Shown: positions 60,417 to 64,000 of the stretch, piece after piece
How the letters are laid out: every line of letters begins with the position of its first letter
How positions within the stretch are numbered: position 1 is the first letter of the stretch
Source of the DNA: Mobula birostris
Lineage: Eukaryota
Reading direction: 5' to 3'
Assembly (NCBI RefSeq): GCF_030028105.1
Contig: NC_092376.1
Location: 179,962,080 to 180,026,079 of the forward strand
DNA length: 64,000 nt
Notes under the pieces: generated by a model
The model's input: only the letters and a program-made list of their open reading frames with translations
The model's database searches: none
What the model was told of the DNA's origin: nothing
Made by a program: the position numbers and the translations under genes

Positions 60417-62293
60417 CATAGTTCCCGCTAAACTGTGCGCGTGTGCGCGAGCACACACGTTTTTCAACCAGCGCACAAAGGAAATTAATGTGCGCACAAA
60501 AGGTTAGTTGCCTTAAATAATGTAGTAGTTAATAATTATACTTATTGAAGATAATCTTTTAGCTAGCTGTTTCTGTTAACTAGTTAGTCGGTTTTTCAAA
60601 TGCCACAATGCACGTTACTAATTTACGTCACCTCACCTTTCCTGTTCCAGTTTGTACAGCTGCATCACCGCGGCAGCCATGTTTGGCGGACAATGTTCAT
60701 ATCGTACAGTTTACAAAGATCTGTTTCAAGTCCTGTAGATAGCTTACTGAATTTTTATTGAAAAAAGTATTGATTCACTATGTCGAATTCAAAAGAAGCG
60801 AAGGGCGTGAAGCGCAAAAGAACTGCAAATTTGTTTAAAGTTGAATGGCTTAACAAAACAGTAGAAACTGTTACACCGTAAGCTCATGAGGTCATGAACG
60901 TTCAGCTATGAGAAATATTTATGTATGATTCGGAAACTGGAGTTATCTGTTTGTATTGTCGTGGTGCGAAAGTTGCTGGAGAATTTGCTGGTGGAAAGAA
61001 GTAGGATGAAATTTGGAAACTTGGCTTTTGAAGCGTCATTTGGCAAGTAAATCGCATTTGGATGGTGTACAAAAGCTCAGGCAACGGAACCCGTCATTAC
61101 CCGTTACAGGAGTGCTACGCATGTTACGGTTGAGTGCAGATGAGCTACAGCAAAAACGATCAATCCCAGAGGAGATTAAAGTTGAGGTACAAGAATGGTC
61201 AACTTTTGATTTCTCTGCAATTTCAGATTGTGACTTCACATTTGGCGATTAAGAAATTAATGCCTTATGTCTAAAATATCATGATTTTCTAGCTGAAAAT
61301 ATTGTAATAGTCAGACAGTTTAATGATTTCAAATTTTCCGTGCAAGAAAAAATTAAATCCAAACCGATTTCAAACTTTGTTCAGATGGTGGCAGTTGTAC
61401 TTCAAAATGAACAGTTTTGCGACCTTGCACAGTTGGTGGGACATTGGGGGAACCTTTCTTGCGTCCAGTGCGGACTGTGAACGAGCTTTCAGCCTAATGA
61501 ATTAACTCAAGAACAAGCTGAGAAACCGTTCAGGTGAATGTCATTTGGATAAAGCTATCAATGGGATAGAAGTTCTATTAGTCGAGATAGAGTTTGCAAA
61601 GAATGGGTAAATGCCAAAGACAGGAGAGAGAAAAAATAGCTGAGTGACTTAAATATGATAAAAATTAAATATCTCCAACCTGATGGCAGGAACATTGACT
61701 TCTCTAACTTCCGTTAATTGTCTTCCTCCCCTTCGTACCCCATCCCTTATTTATTTATTATGATTTTTTTCTTTCCCCTTTTTTCTCTCTTTTTTCCTCC
61801 CTCTGTCCCTCTCACTGTAACTTCTTGCCCATCCTCTGGGCTCCCCCCCACCACCTTTCCTTCTCCCTAGGCCTTCTGTCCCATGATCCTCTCCTTTCTC
61901 CAGCCTCGTATCCCTTTTGCCAATCAACTTTCCAGCTCTTGGCTCCATCCCTCCCCTTTCTGTCTTCTCCTATCATTTCGGATCTCCCCCTCCCCTTGTC
62001 ACTTTCAAATCTCTTACTATCTCTTCTTTCAGTTAGTTCTGAAACGTCGACTGTACCTCTTCCTATAGATGCTGCCTGGCCTTCTGTGTTCACCAGCATT
62101 TTTTGTGTGTGTGACTTAAATTTGTATGTTATTTTGTTGTTATTCTGTGCAGTTTTATGTCAAATATTTTGTAAACCTACATAAACTGTCCCATGTGTGC
62201 ATTCAGGGCGCACATACTTTTGTCACAGGAGAAAAATTTGCACAACGTAAGATTTTTGCGCACACTGACTACAAAAAATTAGAGGGAACGTTG
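60417..62293 (+). mobile_element. Non-autonomous hAT DNA transposon
   Basis: TIRs CATAGTTCCCGCTAA and TTAGAGGGAACGTTG; 8-bp TSD CCCATAGC/TCCACAGC; decayed N-terminal zinc finger (CLYC..RHLASKSH) from ATG 60780; hATC-like ASSADCERAFSLMN. Confidence 0.85.
61673..62120 (+). mobile_element. Penelope-like 3' fragment inside the hAT element, hammerhead core deleted
   Basis: LQPDGRNIDFSNFR* followed by a pseudo-LTR like 11967-12392; reads TTAGTTCTGAAACGTCGACTG. Confidence 0.85.
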
Positions 62294-62811
62294 TCCACAG
62301 CCCTTTATTTTTCTAAGCTCTATGTACCGATCCAGAACTCTCTTAAAAGACCCTATCGTATCCGCCTCCACCATCGTCGCAGGCAGCCCAAGTATTAATA
62401 ATTTAGTAATTTTCCTAACAGAACTGAAAACACTGCTAAAGAAGTCGTTAAAAAGTGTGGTAGGGCAGAGTAGAGACAACAAGTAGACCATTTACTCTTT
62501 GCTACTTTCTTATGGAGTTCTGAATCAGAAATACATGTAAATTTTTACATGGTAACGGTCATCCTAAGAAATTTGCTGCAGATGTTAGCAGTATCTGAAG
62601 CTATAATCTCCTGAATGAAAAAAACTTGGTTAATAAAAAGAATTGCGAAATCCTTACATTCTGTGGCATATGCTTGACAGGTGACATTCTACGTGGTACA
62701 GGTTTCAACAGTCGTTTTATAGTTGAGAATAATATTCTTGAATCGCCTCTATTTTCTATATTAATACTGTTGCTAAACTTTAACCACTTTGCTAAAACTG
62801 AGCAAACACTT

Positions 62812-64000
62812 GATAGACAATAGACAATAGGTGCAGAAGTAGACCATTCGGCCCTTCGAGCCTGCACCGCCATTCTGAGATCATGGCTGATCATCTACTA
62901 TCAATACCCGGTTCCTGCCTTGCCCCCATAACCCTTGATTCCCCTATCCATAAGATACCTATCTAGCTCCTTCTTGAAGGCATCCAGAGAATTGGCCTCC
63001 ACTGCCTTCTGAGGCAGTGCGTACCACACCTCCACAACACTCTGGGAGAAGAAGTTCCTCCTCAACTCTGTCCTAAATGACCTACCCCTTATTCTTAAAC
63101 CATGCCCTCTGGTACTGGACTCTCCTAGCATCTGGAACATATTTCCTGCCTCTATCTTGTCCAATCCCTTAATAATCTTATACGTCTCAATCAGATCCCC
63201 CCTCAATCTCCTTCATTCCAGCGTGTACAAGCCCAGTCTCTCTAACCTCTCTGTGTAAGACAGTCTGGACATCCCAGGAATTAACCTAGTGAACCTACGC
63301 TGCACCTCCTCCACAGCCAGGATGTCCTTCCTTAACCCTGGAGACCAAAGCTGTACACAATACTCCAGGTGTGGTCTCACCAGGGCCCTGTACAAATGCA
63401 AAAGGATTTCCTTGCTCTTGTACTCAATTCCCTTTATAATAAAGGCCAACATTCCATTAGCCTTCTTCATTGCCTGCTGCATTTGCTCATTCACCTTCAG
63501 AGACTGATGAACAAGTACTCCTAGATCTCTTTGTATTTCTCCCTTACCTAACTCCACACCGTTCAGATAATAATCTGCCTTCCTGTTCTTGCTCCCAAAG
63601 TGAATAACCTTACACTTCTTCACATTAAACGCCGTCTGCCAAGTTTCTGCCCACTCATCCAGCCTATCCAAGTCACCTTGAATTCTCCTAACATCCTCAT
63701 CACATGTCACACTGCCACCCAGCTTAGTATCATCAACAAACTTGCTGATGTTATTCGCAATGCCTTCCTCTAAATCATTGATGTAAATCGTAAACAGCTG
63801 TGGTCCCAATACCGAGCCCTGTGGCACCCACTAGTCACCACCTGCCATTCCGAGAAACACCCATTCACTGCTACCCTTTGCTTTCTATCTGACAACCAGT
63901 TTTCTATCCATGTCAATATCCTCCCCTCAATGCCATGAGCTCAGATTTTACCCACCAATCTCCTATGTGGTACCTTATCAAATGCCTTCTGAAAGTCAAG
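62812..64000 (-). mobile_element. CR1 3' fragment running off the window end
   Basis: [23 protein letters not shown]; (TAGACAA)n tail. Confidence 0.92.

Larger units (their letters stand above)
60320..62388 (-). mobile_element. Short CR1 3' end (60320-60416 plus 62294-62388) split by a hAT element
   Basis: AGAAACATAGAAA tail; the two halves rejoin into a sequence like 17548-17735. Confidence 0.75.
58800..62810 (-). mobile_element. L2-clade LINE fragment (58800-60318 plus 62389-62810) hosting nested insertions
   Basis: Minus-strand [47 protein letters not shown]; continues as RILFSTIKRLLKP beyond 62389. Confidence 0.82.

Noticed and set aside
1-64000. CRISPR arrays, tRNA/rRNA genes, prokaryotic systems
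   Set aside because: No repeat-spacer array or structural RNA gene was seen; the content is vertebrate

Overview
Vertebrate genomic DNA, most likely from a cartilaginous fish (shark or ray; inferred from the repeat families and protocadherin type). The window covers part of a clustered protocadherin (Pcdh) variable-exon array. Six intact ~2.45-kb variable exons lie in tandem on the + strand. Each encodes a signal peptide, 6 cadherin repeats, a TM segment and a variable cytoplasmic part, and ends at a phase-0 GAG|GT(G/A)AG donor. No constant exons are recognisable in the window. A decayed Pcdh EC3 relic lies between exons 4 and 5. Every exon has its own promoter built from four motifs at near-fixed spacing, with no CGCT core, and an out-of-frame upstream ATG exactly 16 nt before the start codon. 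The spacers are filled with transposable elements: a near full-length CR1 LINE inside a Tc1 element, many CR1/L2/Rex1-Babar fragments, Penelope-like elements with minimal hammerhead ribozyme motifs, Tc1 and hAT transposons, and a non-autonomous Gmr1-like LTR element inserted just upstream of the exon-3 promoter. Gene-conversion tracts and tandem-duplication units are readable directly. All comparisons were made by eye and no database was searched.
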